Source of the DNA: Clostridiales bacterium
GTDB taxonomy: Bacteria; Bacillota; Sulfobacillia; DYIH01; JBBITQ01
Assembly (NCBI GenBank): GCA_037440685.1
Contig: JBBITQ010000279.1
Location: 1-26,724, forward strand
Direction: 5' to 3'
Length of the DNA: 26,724 nt
Shown here: positions 7,010-16,107 of the stretch, piece by piece
How positions within the stretch are numbered: the first letter of the stretch is position 1
How the letters are laid out: each line of letters begins with the position of its first letter
Translations under genes and position numbers: made by a program
Notes under the pieces: model-generated
Databases searched by the model: none
Told to the model about the DNA's origin: nothing
The model's input: only the letters and a program-made list of their open reading frames with translations

Positions 7010-7965
7010 CGGCTCTCGAACGACACCAAGTCCCGATCTACTTCGCCGCCGTGTTTGTCGGAGCGTCTGCCGGGTTGCTGTTACCTGATGCGGCAGCGGC
7101 TCTGGAAGTAGCGATCTGGCCCGTCGTGGGCATCCTGTTATACTTCACGTTTCTGCAAGTGCCGCTGCTTCAGTTCCAGCAGGCCATTTCTGACGTGCGG
7201 TTTCTCGCCGCCATGCTGACCGCCAACTTCGTGTTCGTGCCGTTTGTCGTCTGGAGCTTGTTGTGGCTGCTTCCACCGTCGCCGCCGATCCATCTCGGCG
7301 TGGCGTTGGTCCTTTTGACGCCTTGCACCGACTGGATGAACACCTTCACGCTGCTGGGAAAAGGTGACGCTCACCGGACGCTGGCGGCGACCCCGCTACT
7401 GCTGATAACGCAGATTGTCTTGCTCCCCGTGTTTCTGTGGCTGCTGCTGGAGAGCGACACGAGCCGGATGGTGGCGACCGGCCCATTCGTGCAGGCATTC
7501 GCTGGCTTGGTCATGCTGCCGCTCTTGCTGGCGTGGCTGACCGAATGGTGGGGCAAACGAAACGAACGGGTCGCCCACTGGATCGGCATGTCCACTCCGC
7601 TGCCCGTTGTCCTGCTGTCATTGGTCGTGCTGGTGATCGCCGCCTCGCAGATTCAGCAGGTGTTGGACCATGTTCGCCAACTGACGCAGGTGACGTTGAT
7701 CTTCGTGCTGTTTGTGGCATTGGCGGCGGTTATTGGTCGGCTGACGGTCTGGCTTTATTCCCTGCCGCCGCAAGCAGGCCGGGGCGTGATCTTCAGTACC
7801 AGCACCCGCAATTCGTTCGTGGTGCTGCCGCTGGCCTTGGCATTGCCCTCAGAGTGGCAACTGGCCGTGCCAGTGATCGTCATTCAGGCGTTTGTCGAGA
7901 TGCTGGGGATGCTCGTCTTCATCCGCATCGTGCCGGGCTGGTTGCTGCGAGGTACGTCCGCCTGA
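7006..7965 (+). CDS. Acr3/BART-superfamily membrane transporter (putative arsenite efflux), 319 aa
   Basis: About 10 hydrophobic segments, LTPCTDW (cf. Acr3 PC motif), TSTRNS; ATGA overlap with the merR-like stop. Confidence 0.75.
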   Translation: MTALERHQVPIYFAAVFVGASAGLLLPDAAAALEVAIWPVVGILLYFTFLQVPLLQFQQAISDVRFLAAMLTANFVFVPFVVWSLLWLLPPSPPIHLGVALVLLTPCTDWMNTFTLLGKGDAHRTLAATPLLLITQIVLLPVFLWLLLESDTSRMVATGPFVQAFAGLVMLPLLLAWLTEWWGKRNERVAHWIGMSTPLPVVLLSLVVLVIAASQIQQVLDHVRQLTQVTLIFVLFVALAAVIGRLTVWLYSLPPQAGRGVIFSTSTRNSFVVLPLALALPSEWQLAVPVIVIQAFVEMLGMLVFIRIVPGWLLRGTSA

Positions 7966-8094
7966 CGGATGCCTCCTGCTTCTGGGGTGCTGCGCTGAAA
8001 TGCCGCCGAGACCCTCGCCGCTTTCTCTTTTGGTCGGGCGATGGAACGAACGGATGTCGCTCTTGCTCTTGACGAATCCCTCCAGTCATGCAAT

Positions 8095-8111
8095 TATTGC
8101 CATATTGCCAT
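8095..8111 (+). promoter_or_regulatory. Candidate ArsR operator (TATTGCCA x2) at the arsR start
   Basis: Tandem octamer overlapping the ATG, TTGACG at 8069-8074; related inverted motif at 8447-8470. Confidence 0.45.
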
Positions 8112-8430
8112 GAAAGAGAAAACCCGCAAACAATACGAAGCCCGAGCGAAGATCGCCAAAGCGATGGCGCATCCCAGCCGCTTGTTGATGCTCGATCTTC
8201 TGCAAAAGCAGGAGATGTGCGTCAGCGAACTGACCGAGGAAGTCGAGGCCGACCAATCCACGGTCTCGAAACACCTCGCCATCCTGAAGGATGTAGGACT
8301 CGTCGATGTTCGCAAGGAGGGGGCGCTGAGTTACTACCGAGTTGCCTGCGGCTGTCTCAGCGGGTTCTTCTCCTGCATCGAATCAGTCCTCCAGTCGGAC
8401 GTGAAGGATCGTCAGGCCACCTTGAAGTAG
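8110..8430 (+). CDS. arsR: ArsR/SmtB-family repressor, 106 aa
   Basis: KAMAHPSRL, EMCVSEL, QSTVSKHLAILK, VRKEG; C-terminal CGC-x6-C. Confidence 0.9.
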   Translation: MKEKTRKQYEARAKIAKAMAHPSRLLMLDLLQKQEMCVSELTEEVEADQSTVSKHLAILKDVGLVDVRKEGALSYYRVACGCLSGFFSCIESVLQSDVKDRQATLK

Positions 8431-8446
8431 TTTTTTTGAGCAAGAC

Positions 8447-8470
8447 ATGGCGAAATGGCCAATCCGCCAT
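8447..8470. promoter_or_regulatory. Second candidate ArsR-type site between arsR and arsC
   Basis: ATGGCGAAATGGCCAATCCGCCAT: ATGGCG/CGCCAT inverted repeat, similar to the reverse complement of the 8095 motif. Confidence 0.4.
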
Positions 8471-8488
8471 GCTTAGCAAGGATCAATC

Positions 8489-8959
8489 GTGTCGAAGCCC
8501 GTCGTCCTCTTCCTCTGCACCGGCAACTCGGCTCGCAGCCAGATGGCCGAAGCGTTCCTTCGCAAGCACGGCGAGGATCGGTTCGAGGTTCACAGTGCCG
8601 GTCTGAATCCAGTGGGGATCAACCCGTTGACGATTCAGGTGATGAACGAAGTGGGGATCGACATGGACGGGCATCGCTCGAAGTCGGTCAGCGAGTACCT
8701 CGGCAAGCTCGCAGCCAACTACGTCATATTCGTGTGCGAACAGGCCGAGAAGTCATGTCCCCGAATCTGGCCGTTCGCTCTGCGGTCCTTTTGCTGGCCG
8801 TTCGACGATCCGGCAGCTTGCGAGGGTGACGAAGAAACGAGAATCCAAAAGTTTCGTGACGTGCGGGATCAGATCGAACATCAAATCAAGGAATGGTTGG
8901 CGACCGAACTGGATTCCCTCGGAGCGGCAGCCTGTGAGGAAAAGCGAACGGAGCCGTGA
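8489..8959 (+). CDS. arsC: Thioredoxin-type (LMW-PTP fold) arsenate reductase
   Basis: [13 protein letters not shown]-loop, C-x6-C redox pair (CEQAEKSC), WPFDDP. Confidence 0.9.
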   Translation: MSKPVVLFLCTGNSARSQMAEAFLRKHGEDRFEVHSAGLNPVGINPLTIQVMNEVGIDMDGHRSKSVSEYLGKLAANYVIFVCEQAEKSCPRIWPFALRSFCWPFDDPAACEGDEETRIQKFRDVRDQIEHQIKEWLATELDSLGAAACEEKRTEP

Positions 8960-9059
8960 TGAAGAAGTACATTGCCGAAGCCATCCGCTACGTTTGCACT
9001 CGTGTTGCTCGGTGCGACTCGCCCACTCAACTGATTGTGAAACCAAGAACGTCGCATGA
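8959..9059 (+). pseudogene. Collapsed MIP/aquaglyceroporin gene relic
   Basis: MKKYIAEAI, then after a +1 shift ATFALVLLG, resembling a MIP N-terminus (xxYxAExxGTFxLV); ATG overlaps the arsC stop and a TGA at 9057-9059 overlaps the next ATG; 101 nt, out of frame. Confidence 0.6.
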
Positions 9060-9499
9060 GGACAAATGACATGAAGCGTGTGTTGATCCTGTGTACCGGC
9101 AATTCCTGTCGCTCCCAGATGGCCGAGACCCTCTGGGAAACGCTGGGACATGGCCAGTGGGAATCGGAGTCGGCTGGCTCGAAGCCTTCCGGCTATGTGC
9201 ATCCTCTGGCGATCCGGGCCATGCAGGAGTTGGGGATCGACATCTCGAAGAACACCAGCAAGTCGCTGGATCAGTTTCGAGAGCAATCCTTCGATCTCGT
9301 CGTCACGGTCTGCGACAACGCCAAGAAGTCGTGTCCCGTGTTCCCCGGTGCGAAGAACACGCTGCACTGGCCGTTCGACGACCCCGCCGATGCCACCGGA
9401 ACGGACGATGAGAAGATGGTCGTCTTCCGACGAGTCCGTGACGAGATCAAGGAAACCATTCAGAACTACCTGACCACAGGGAAGGGACCACACCAATGA
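9056..9499 (+). CDS. arsC: Thioredoxin-type arsenate reductase (second paralog)
   Basis: CTGNSCRSQMAE, VCDNAKKSCP, HWPFDDP; start may be 9071. Confidence 0.9.
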   Translation: MRTNDMKRVLILCTGNSCRSQMAETLWETLGHGQWESESAGSKPSGYVHPLAIRAMQELGIDISKNTSKSLDQFREQSFDLVVTVCDNAKKSCPVFPGAKNTLHWPFDDPADATGTDDEKMVVFRRVRDEIKETIQNYLTTGKGPHQ

Positions 9500-9516
9500 A
9501 CAGAGTGGAGGAAAAC

Positions 9517-9906
9517 ATGACCACGTTACAAGTCTTTGACAAACCGATGTGTTGTTCCAGCGGAGTGTGCGGGCCGGACGTTGACCCTGCACTCGTGGCG
9601 TTTTCAGCCGATCTTCAATGGCTGGAGCGGCATGGCGTACAAGTTCAACGAGTCAACCCGGCGCATCAACCGGCCCTGTTTGCTGGCAGCGAGCTTGTTC
9701 GTCAGGAGTTGCAAAAGCACGGTGGCGACTGCTTGCCGGTCGTTATTGTGAACGACGCCGTAGTCAGCCGAGGTGTCTTCCCGAATCGCCAACAGTTGGC
9801 GGAATGGGCGGGCGTCAAGCTCGATGAACTTCCAGTGGTCCGAAGCGGCTGCTGTGGTGGCGACAATCCAAGTAGTTCTCCATCCGGCTGTTGCGAACAG
9901 GCTTAG
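9517..9906 (+). CDS. arsD: Arsenite metallochaperone ArsD, 129 aa
   Basis: FDKPMCCSSGVCGPDVD motif, C-terminal CC pairs, SD GGAGG before ATG 9517. Confidence 0.93.
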   Translation: MTTLQVFDKPMCCSSGVCGPDVDPALVAFSADLQWLERHGVQVQRVNPAHQPALFAGSELVRQELQKHGGDCLPVVIVNDAVVSRGVFPNRQQLAEWAGVKLDELPVVRSGCCGGDNPSSSPSGCCEQA

Positions 9907-9921
9907 ATCGAAAGTGATGCC

Positions 9922-11703
9922 ATGCGATTTCTGAAACAGCCGACACGACTTCTGTTCTTCACGGGCAAAGGTGGCGTCGGCAAAACCTCCTTGGCCTGTG
10001 CCACCGCAGTCACCTTGGCCGATGAGGGCCGAAAAGTCTTGTTGGTCAGCACCGACCCAGCTTCCAATCTCGGGCAAGTCTTCGGCGTGACGATTGCAGA
10101 GCATGAACCCACGCCAATCCCCGGCGTGACTGGACTGTTTGCCCTGAACATCAACCCCGAAGCGGCGGCACAGGCGTATCGAGATCGGATTGTCGGTCCC
10201 GTGCGTGACGTGTTGCCTGCGGAGACGGTCAAAGGCATGGAAGAGCAGTTGTCTGGGGCTTGTACCACGGAGATTGCGGCCTTTGACGAGTTTACTGGAC
10301 TTCTGACCGATGGCGTGGCAACCGGGAAATACGATCACGTCATCTTCGACACAGCCCCAACCGGCCACACACTCAGGCTGCTTCAACTGCCTACGGCGTG
10401 GAGCAATTTCCTTGACTCCAATGAATCCGGCGCTTCCTGCTTGGGTCCACTGTCAGGCTTGGAGAAACAGCGGCAACAGTACGCTCATGCCGTGGCGGAA
10501 TTGGCCAACGGCGACACCACGACTGTTGTTCTCGTCTCACGCCCGCAGAAGGCGTCATTGGCCGAAGCGGATCGAACCAGTCATGAACTGGCGACCTTGG
10601 GCATCGTGAACCAGCAACTCGTCATCAACGGTGTGATGCCTGACAACGGCAGCGGCGATCCTTTGGCGACGGCGCTGCGTGAGCGGGAAGGAGCGGCCAT
10701 GTGCGAACTCCCTGAGTCGCTGGCCGTGTTGCCCACGGTTCAGGTTCCACTACGGCCACGAAACATGGTGGGGATCGCCGCCTTGCGAGCTTTGCTCGCC
10801 GACAATTCAGATGCTCCATCCGTACCAAAACGTGAGAACTCAACCGACCCACTGTCGCTGCCGTCGTTGGCCGAGTTGATTGACGCCATTGAACAGGACG
10901 GACATGGACTGGTGATGGTGCTGGGCAAAGGCGGGGTCGGAAAAACAACGGTCGCCGCAGCCGTTGCCGTCGCACTTGCCGCCCGTGGTCATGCCGTCCA
11001 TCTGACAACGACCGATCCAGCCGCCCATCTGTCGATGACAGTGGAATCGACCCTTCCCAATCTGATGGTGAGTCGCATCGACCCACAGGTGGAGCGAGAT
11101 CGCTACCGGCAGCATGTGATCGAGACGAAAGGCAAGAATCTCGATGAGGCGGGCCTCAAGCTGCTGGAAGAGGATTTGCGTTCGCCTTGCACCGAGGAGA
11201 TTGCGGTCTTTCAGGCTTTCTCACGGGTCATGCGGGAGTCCACAGAGAAGTTCGTGGTCGTGGACACCGCTCCCACAGGCCACACCCTTCTTCTGCTCGA
11301 CGCCACAGGTTCTTATCACCGGGATGTTGTCCGTCACCTGCGGCCCGGAACCCAAGTCGTCACTCCGATGATGCGTCTGCAAGACCCCACGCAGACCAAA
11401 ATGCTCATCGTGACATTGCCGGAAACGACTCCCGTGTTGGAGGCGGAATCGCTTCAGGCCGATCTGCGGCGAGCCGGGATCGAACCGTGGGCATGGGTCG
11501 TCAACTCATCCTTGGCTGCGGCCTCTCCGAGTGATCCGCTGTTGGTGGCACGAGCCGCCGAAGAACGACAACACATCGAGCGAGTCCAACAATCTGTCGC
11601 ACGAGTGGCAATCATTCCTTGGCTCGCACAAGAGCCGGTTGGAAGCGAGCGACTACTGGGACTTACACGACTCCATACCGACACCTGCCCCTCGAAACAT
11701 TGA
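9922..11703 (+). CDS. arsA: Arsenical pump-driving ATPase ArsA, 593 aa
   Basis: Two GKGGVGKT P-loops, two DTAPTGH, metalloid-site cysteines in SGACTTE, ASCLGP and SPCTEE. Confidence 0.96.
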   Translation: MRFLKQPTRLLFFTGKGGVGKTSLACATAVTLADEGRKVLLVSTDPASNLGQVFGVTIAEHEPTPIPGVTGLFALNINPEAAAQAYRDRIVGPVRDVLPAETVKGMEEQLSGACTTEIAAFDEFTGLLTDGVATGKYDHVIFDTAPTGHTLRLLQLPTAWSNFLDSNESGASCLGPLSGLEKQRQQYAHAVAELANGDTTTVVLVSRPQKASLAEADRTSHELATLGIVNQQLVINGVMPDNGSGDPLATALREREGAAMCELPESLAVLPTVQVPLRPRNMVGIAALRALLADNSDAPSVPKRENSTDPLSLPSLAELIDAIEQDGHGLVMVLGKGGVGKTTVAAAVAVALAARGHAVHLTTTDPAAHLSMTVESTLPNLMVSRIDPQVERDRYRQHVIETKGKNLDEAGLKLLEEDLRSPCTEEIAVFQAFSRVMRESTEKFVVVDTAPTGHTLLLLDATGSYHRDVVRHLRPGTQVVTPMMRLQDPTQTKMLIVTLPETTPVLEAESLQADLRRAGIEPWAWVVNSSLAAASPSDPLLVARAAEERQHIERVQQSVARVAIIPWLAQEPVGSERLLGLTRLHTDTCPSKH

Positions 11704-11915
11704 AACTAGAGACGAAGAACCGGTCTGCGTCTCTCAAATGAGATCGACTCAGTCGAGTACCCCAAGCTCCTCAACCACCACCGACCGCACCAATCAGTGT
11801 CAGTGGGTGGACTACTTGGCAGTTTCGGCAGATGCTCGTTGACAAGCCATAGCGAGGCACCCGGCGAGTCGCTTTCATCATACCAACTGTGCTGAAATCT
11901 CCCGTCGATTTGGAC

Positions 11916-12896
11916 TCACAACCACATCACACAGACAATGGCCAGAGCAATCCGATAATAGCCGAACGGTGCAAGACCGTAACTGCTCAGCAGTCGAATC
12001 ATGAAACGAATGCTGACGACGGCGGACACAAAAGCGACCATCAACGCAACAAGCGGTGAAATAACACCGTAGTGAGTGACGATTTCTGAACCATGTTTCA
12101 GACCCTCGAAGGTGGTGGCAGCGGAGAGCGTGACAAGCCCCAGCAGAAAACTGAACTCGACTGCCGCCGTCAATCGAAGTCCAGCCCACATACTGCCGAG
12201 AATGGTGGCGAGACTGCGGCTGAAACCGGGCCAGAACGCAAGGCATTGCATTAGACCTATGAGCGCTGCGTCCCGCAGAGTGATTTGCTGCAATTCCTTG
12301 CCGCTATCGTGACTGCGGTTCGAGATGCCCTTGGCGGTCATTAGAATCAGCAACCCTCCGACGAAGAGTGCCCCAGCGACCGGACGAACTCCGAAGAGAT
12401 GCTGCTTGATCCAGTCGTGGAACAGCAATCCCAGAACCGCCGCTGGGAGGAAGGCAACCAGCAAGTTGCGCAACAAGCGAAGACCATCTGAATCCCGACC
12501 GAATAGCCCCCGCAGTATCTGTTGGAATCTCCCAAAATAAAGCACCAGAACGGCAAGGATGGCTCCGCTTTGGATACAAATGGCCAGCGCATCCGCAGCT
12601 TCCTTTTCTTCTGCTTCGCTCCCCAGACCGAGGGCACGCTGCACGATGACCAAGTGCCCCGTCGAACTCACGGGCAGGTATTCCGTTGCCCCCTCGACGA
12701 CCCCGAGAATGACCGCATTCAGCAAGGAAAGCGATGCTCCCGGCGATTGTGCGGCCACGTTGTCTGACGCCCACAGCAGCCGAGGCACGACAAGCACTCC
12801 GGCGATCAGCAGCAACCACCCAAGGTGACTTCTCTGATCCCCACCGATGTAGCCCCCTTTGGGATTCGGTATTGATTCCTTCACGACAGCAACCAC
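11916..12896 (-). CDS. uppP: Undecaprenyl-diphosphate phosphatase (BacA/UppP family) with N-terminal extension
   Basis: GVVEGATEYLPVSSTGH and PGFSRSLAT motifs; start uncertain (GTG 12896 overlaps the mgtE end by 16 nt). Confidence 0.88.
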   Translation of the reverse strand: MVAVVKESIPNPKGGYIGGDQRSHLGWLLLIAGVLVVPRLLWASDNVAAQSPGASLSLLNAVILGVVEGATEYLPVSSTGHLVIVQRALGLGSEAEEKEAADALAICIQSGAILAVLVLYFGRFQQILRGLFGRDSDGLRLLRNLLVAFLPAAVLGLLFHDWIKQHLFGVRPVAGALFVGGLLILMTAKGISNRSHDSGKELQQITLRDAALIGLMQCLAFWPGFSRSLATILGSMWAGLRLTAAVEFSFLLGLVTLSAATTFEGLKHGSEIVTHYGVISPLVALMVAFVSAVVSIRFMIRLLSSYGLAPFGYYRIALAIVCVMWL

Positions 12897-14248
12897 ACTT
12901 TCGCAATCGAAAAGTAAATCACGATTCCCGTGACATCGACAAAGGTGGCCACAAAGGGACTGGACGCATAGCCGGGATCGAAGCCGAGCTTCCTGAACAC
13001 AAGGGGCAGCATCGAGCCGACCAGCGTTCCCCAGAGGCAGATGCCTGCCACCGATTGACCGATGACAACCGCCAGCATCCAGCGATCAGCGTTCCCCAGA
13101 ACTGACTCCGGTGTCATTGAAGCTCGAATAAAGCCAATGACTCCCAAAGTCAGTCCGAGCGCCAGACCCATGAAGAGTTCGTGGCGCAACACCTTCCACC
13201 ACTGGCCCAGAGTAATCTGCCCCAAGGCCATCGCCCTCGTGATCAGAGTCGCCGCCTGTGAACCGGAGTTGCCCCCCGTCGAAATGCACAAAGGCACAAA
13301 GAGGCTCAAGGCAATCACGGAGGCGATTGCTTCCTCGTACTGCGCCAACGCCGTGAACGTGAAGAGTTCGGCGACGAAGAGACAGGAGAGCCACATTGCT
13401 CTTTTCCGCCAGACGGTCGTAAACGGGGCTTCGAGATAACTCTCTTCGATGTTCCCCACCGCCGCCATGTGCAGGGCGTCTTCGGTGGCCTCCTCCTCCA
13501 GCACGTCCAACACGTCGTCGTGCGTGATGATCCCGAGAATCCGGTTCTGCTCGTCCACGACTGGCATGGCGAGAAAGTCGAACTTGGCTAACTGCCGGGC
13601 CGCATCCTCTTGGTCTTGATCGGCTCGCACCGTCACGACATCCTCCCGCATGATGTCTCGGATCACGGCGGTTGGCTTGGCAAGGATTAAGTCACGCAGC
13701 GACACAAATCCAATCAGATGCCGTTCGTCATCGACAACGTAGACGTAGTAGATGGTTTCCTTGTCGGGGGCTTGCTGTCGTAGATGATTGAGAGCTTCTT
13801 GAACCGTGATGTTGGGGGGCAGCGTGGCGTAGTCGGTCGTCATGACCGAACCGGCTTGGTGTTCTGGAAACGTCAGCAGGCGGCGGATGTCTTCCCGGTC
13901 GGCTTTGGCGATCAACGGCAGGAGTCCCTCGACCGTGCCCGTGTCACACCGCTTCAGAAGGTCCACCCGGTCGTCATGCGACATGGCCTCCAGCAGCTTC
14001 GACATTCGCTCCCTCCCGATCCCCTCGATGAGTTCTTCTTCTTTTTCCGGGCTGAAGAAGGGAAACACCTCGGCCTGCCGATGGATGCTGCCGTGCGAAA
14101 GCAGCGCCCAAACTTCTTCCGTGGACAAGCCTTCGGAGAACTCGGCGATGCTGGCGGGGTGAAGTTCGGTCATGATCTCAGTGAGACCTTGATCGTCCTT
14201 TTCACCAATCATCTGACGGATTTCAGGAAGCAAGAGGGGATTCGCCAT
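12881..14248 (-). CDS. mgtE: Magnesium transporter MgtE, 455 aa
   Basis: N-domain, tandem CBS (AGSVMTTDY, LGIITHDDVLD), TM region with GGNSGSQ and P..ATFVDVTG. Confidence 0.95.
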   Translation of the reverse strand: MANPLLLPEIRQMIGEKDDQGLTEIMTELHPASIAEFSEGLSTEEVWALLSHGSIHRQAEVFPFFSPEKEEELIEGIGRERMSKLLEAMSHDDRVDLLKRCDTGTVEGLLPLIAKADREDIRRLLTFPEHQAGSVMTTDYATLPPNITVQEALNHLRQQAPDKETIYYVYVVDDERHLIGFVSLRDLILAKPTAVIRDIMREDVVTVRADQDQEDAARQLAKFDFLAMPVVDEQNRILGIITHDDVLDVLEEEATEDALHMAAVGNIEESYLEAPFTTVWRKRAMWLSCLFVAELFTFTALAQYEEAIASVIALSLFVPLCISTGGNSGSQAATLITRAMALGQITLGQWWKVLRHELFMGLALGLTLGVIGFIRASMTPESVLGNADRWMLAVVIGQSVAGICLWGTLVGSMLPLVFRKLGFDPGYASSPFVATFVDVTGIVIYFSIAKVWLLS

Positions 14249-14353
14249 GTCTTCGCCATCTCCAAACCGTTCTCCAAGGTGTCGAAATCCAGTATTCTAC
14301 CAAAGCGACGACGTTTCGTAACTGCAACGAAGATGTAGGCTTCGGACAATTTG

Positions 14354-16099
14354 ATGGCCCTCCTCGGTGAACCCACTCCCCATGTCGAAGATGCCTTAAC
14401 CCGCCGCCACAACTTCTGGGCGGATGGGATCGTACTGCTTTTGGCCGGGAGTGTGTTGGGAGCGCTGCTGCTCATCGGCCAGCGTTTCGTCGCCCCACAT
14501 TACGAAGTGGTCGAGATCGACCTGTCGCTGTGGTCGTTGCCGAAGTACACCCTCCTGAGCATGACCCGTGGGTTCGCCGCCTACTTCCTGTCGCTGGCGT
14601 TTACGCTGACCTACGGCACCATCGCCGCCCACAACCGCAGAGCAGAGCGGCTGATGATCCCGGCTCTCGATGTGCTGCAAGCCATCCCCGTGTTAGGTTT
14701 TCTGCCGGGGCTGGTGCTGGCGATGATTGCCCTCTTCCCCACCCGAGAACTCGGTCTGGAACTCGCCTGCATCGTGATGATCTTCACCGGGCAGGTGTGG
14801 AACATGACCTTCAGTTTCCACGGCAGCTTGCGATCCATTCCGCAGGGTTTGCGGGAAGCAGCCGCCGTGCAGGGCTGGACGGGATGGCAGACGTTCCGGT
14901 TGCTCGAATTACCCAGTGCGATGATCGGCCTCGTCTGGAATTCCATGATGTCGATGGCGGGAGGATGGTTCTTCCTGACCGTGAACGAAGCCTTCACGCT
15001 TGGCAATCGGGACTACCGCCTGCCGGGAATCGGTTCGTACATGAACGAAGCCATCCATCAAGGCAACGGCTTGGCGATGATTGCCGGGATTACGGCGATG
15101 ACGCTCATGATCGTGTTTGTCGATCAAGTCTTTTGGCGACCCATCGTCGTCTGGAGCCAGCGGTTCAAGATGGAAGACACGGCTGAGAGTGAACTACCTC
15201 GATCTTGGGTGCTGGAGGCGATCCAGCAGTCCCGTCTTTACCGTGCGTTTGTGGCATGGCAGGAACGTGGGGCGATGAAGGTGTCCAGAAAACGACATGC
15301 CATTCCCACGGATCGACACCTCTGGCTTGCGGGCGTGAGACGGATTGTTGGTTGGGCAATCGTGATCTCCCTAGCGCTCTTTGCGCTGTTGGGACTCATC
15401 TCTCTCGTTCGTCTGCTTTCCGCTTTGCCGTTGCAACATTCCTCGACGGAAGATTGGTTGACGGTCTTTTACGCACTCGCCGCATCGTTCCTGCGAACCA
15501 CATCCGCCGTGTTGATTGGAGCCGCATGGACCCTGCCGGTGGGCATTCTCATCGGTCTTTCGCCCCGTTGGTCGCAACGGCTTCAACCTGTCATTCAGGT
15601 CGTCGCCAGCTTCCCCGCCCCCATGTTATTTCCGATGGTGGCCATTCTGCTGAAGGTGTTTCATGTGCCGTTTACCATCGGCTGCGTGGCATTGATGTTG
15701 CTTGGTTCTCAGTGGTACATCCTGTTCAACGTAATGGCCGGGGCGATGGCAATTCCGGCTGATCTCAAGGAAGTGGCCCGAGTTTACCATTGGGGACGTT
15801 GGAGACGCTGGACTTCACTGTACCTGCCCAGCGTCTTTCCCTTCCTTGTGACCGGATTGATTACAGCGGCGGGCGGTGCATGGAACGCCACGATTGTTTC
15901 GGAGTACGTCGTGCTGCGAGGTGAAACCCTTTCCGCCTTTGGACTGGGATCGACGATCAGCCATGCCACGGCGGAAGCCAACTATCCGCTATTGGCTGCC
16001 AGCGTCTTGGCGATGGCTCTGTTCGTGGTCTTCCTCAACCGAATCCTTTGGAAGCGACTGTACCGATTGGCCGAATCCCGTTACAGACTCGACGTGTGA
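14354..16099 (+). CDS. ABC transporter permease with duplicated TM domains (NitT/TauT-like)
   Basis: Two permease modules (DVLQAIPVLGF..WNMTFSF; QVVASFPAP..WYILFNV), each with an EAA-like loop. Confidence 0.88.
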   Translation: MALLGEPTPHVEDALTRRHNFWADGIVLLLAGSVLGALLLIGQRFVAPHYEVVEIDLSLWSLPKYTLLSMTRGFAAYFLSLAFTLTYGTIAAHNRRAERLMIPALDVLQAIPVLGFLPGLVLAMIALFPTRELGLELACIVMIFTGQVWNMTFSFHGSLRSIPQGLREAAAVQGWTGWQTFRLLELPSAMIGLVWNSMMSMAGGWFFLTVNEAFTLGNRDYRLPGIGSYMNEAIHQGNGLAMIAGITAMTLMIVFVDQVFWRPIVVWSQRFKMEDTAESELPRSWVLEAIQQSRLYRAFVAWQERGAMKVSRKRHAIPTDRHLWLAGVRRIVGWAIVISLALFALLGLISLVRLLSALPLQHSSTEDWLTVFYALAASFLRTTSAVLIGAAWTLPVGILIGLSPRWSQRLQPVIQVVASFPAPMLFPMVAILLKVFHVPFTIGCVALMLLGSQWYILFNVMAGAMAIPADLKEVARVYHWGRWRRWTSLYLPSVFPFLVTGLITAAGGAWNATIVSEYVVLRGETLSAFGLGSTISHATAEANYPLLAASVLAMALFVVFLNRILWKRLYRLAESRYRLDV

Positions 16100-16107
16100 G
16101 GGTATGA

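Noticed and set aside
11704-11915. Short inverted repeats and a 36-codon ORF between arsA and uppP
   Set aside because: No SD, motif or U-tract; consistent with an ordinary convergent intergenic region
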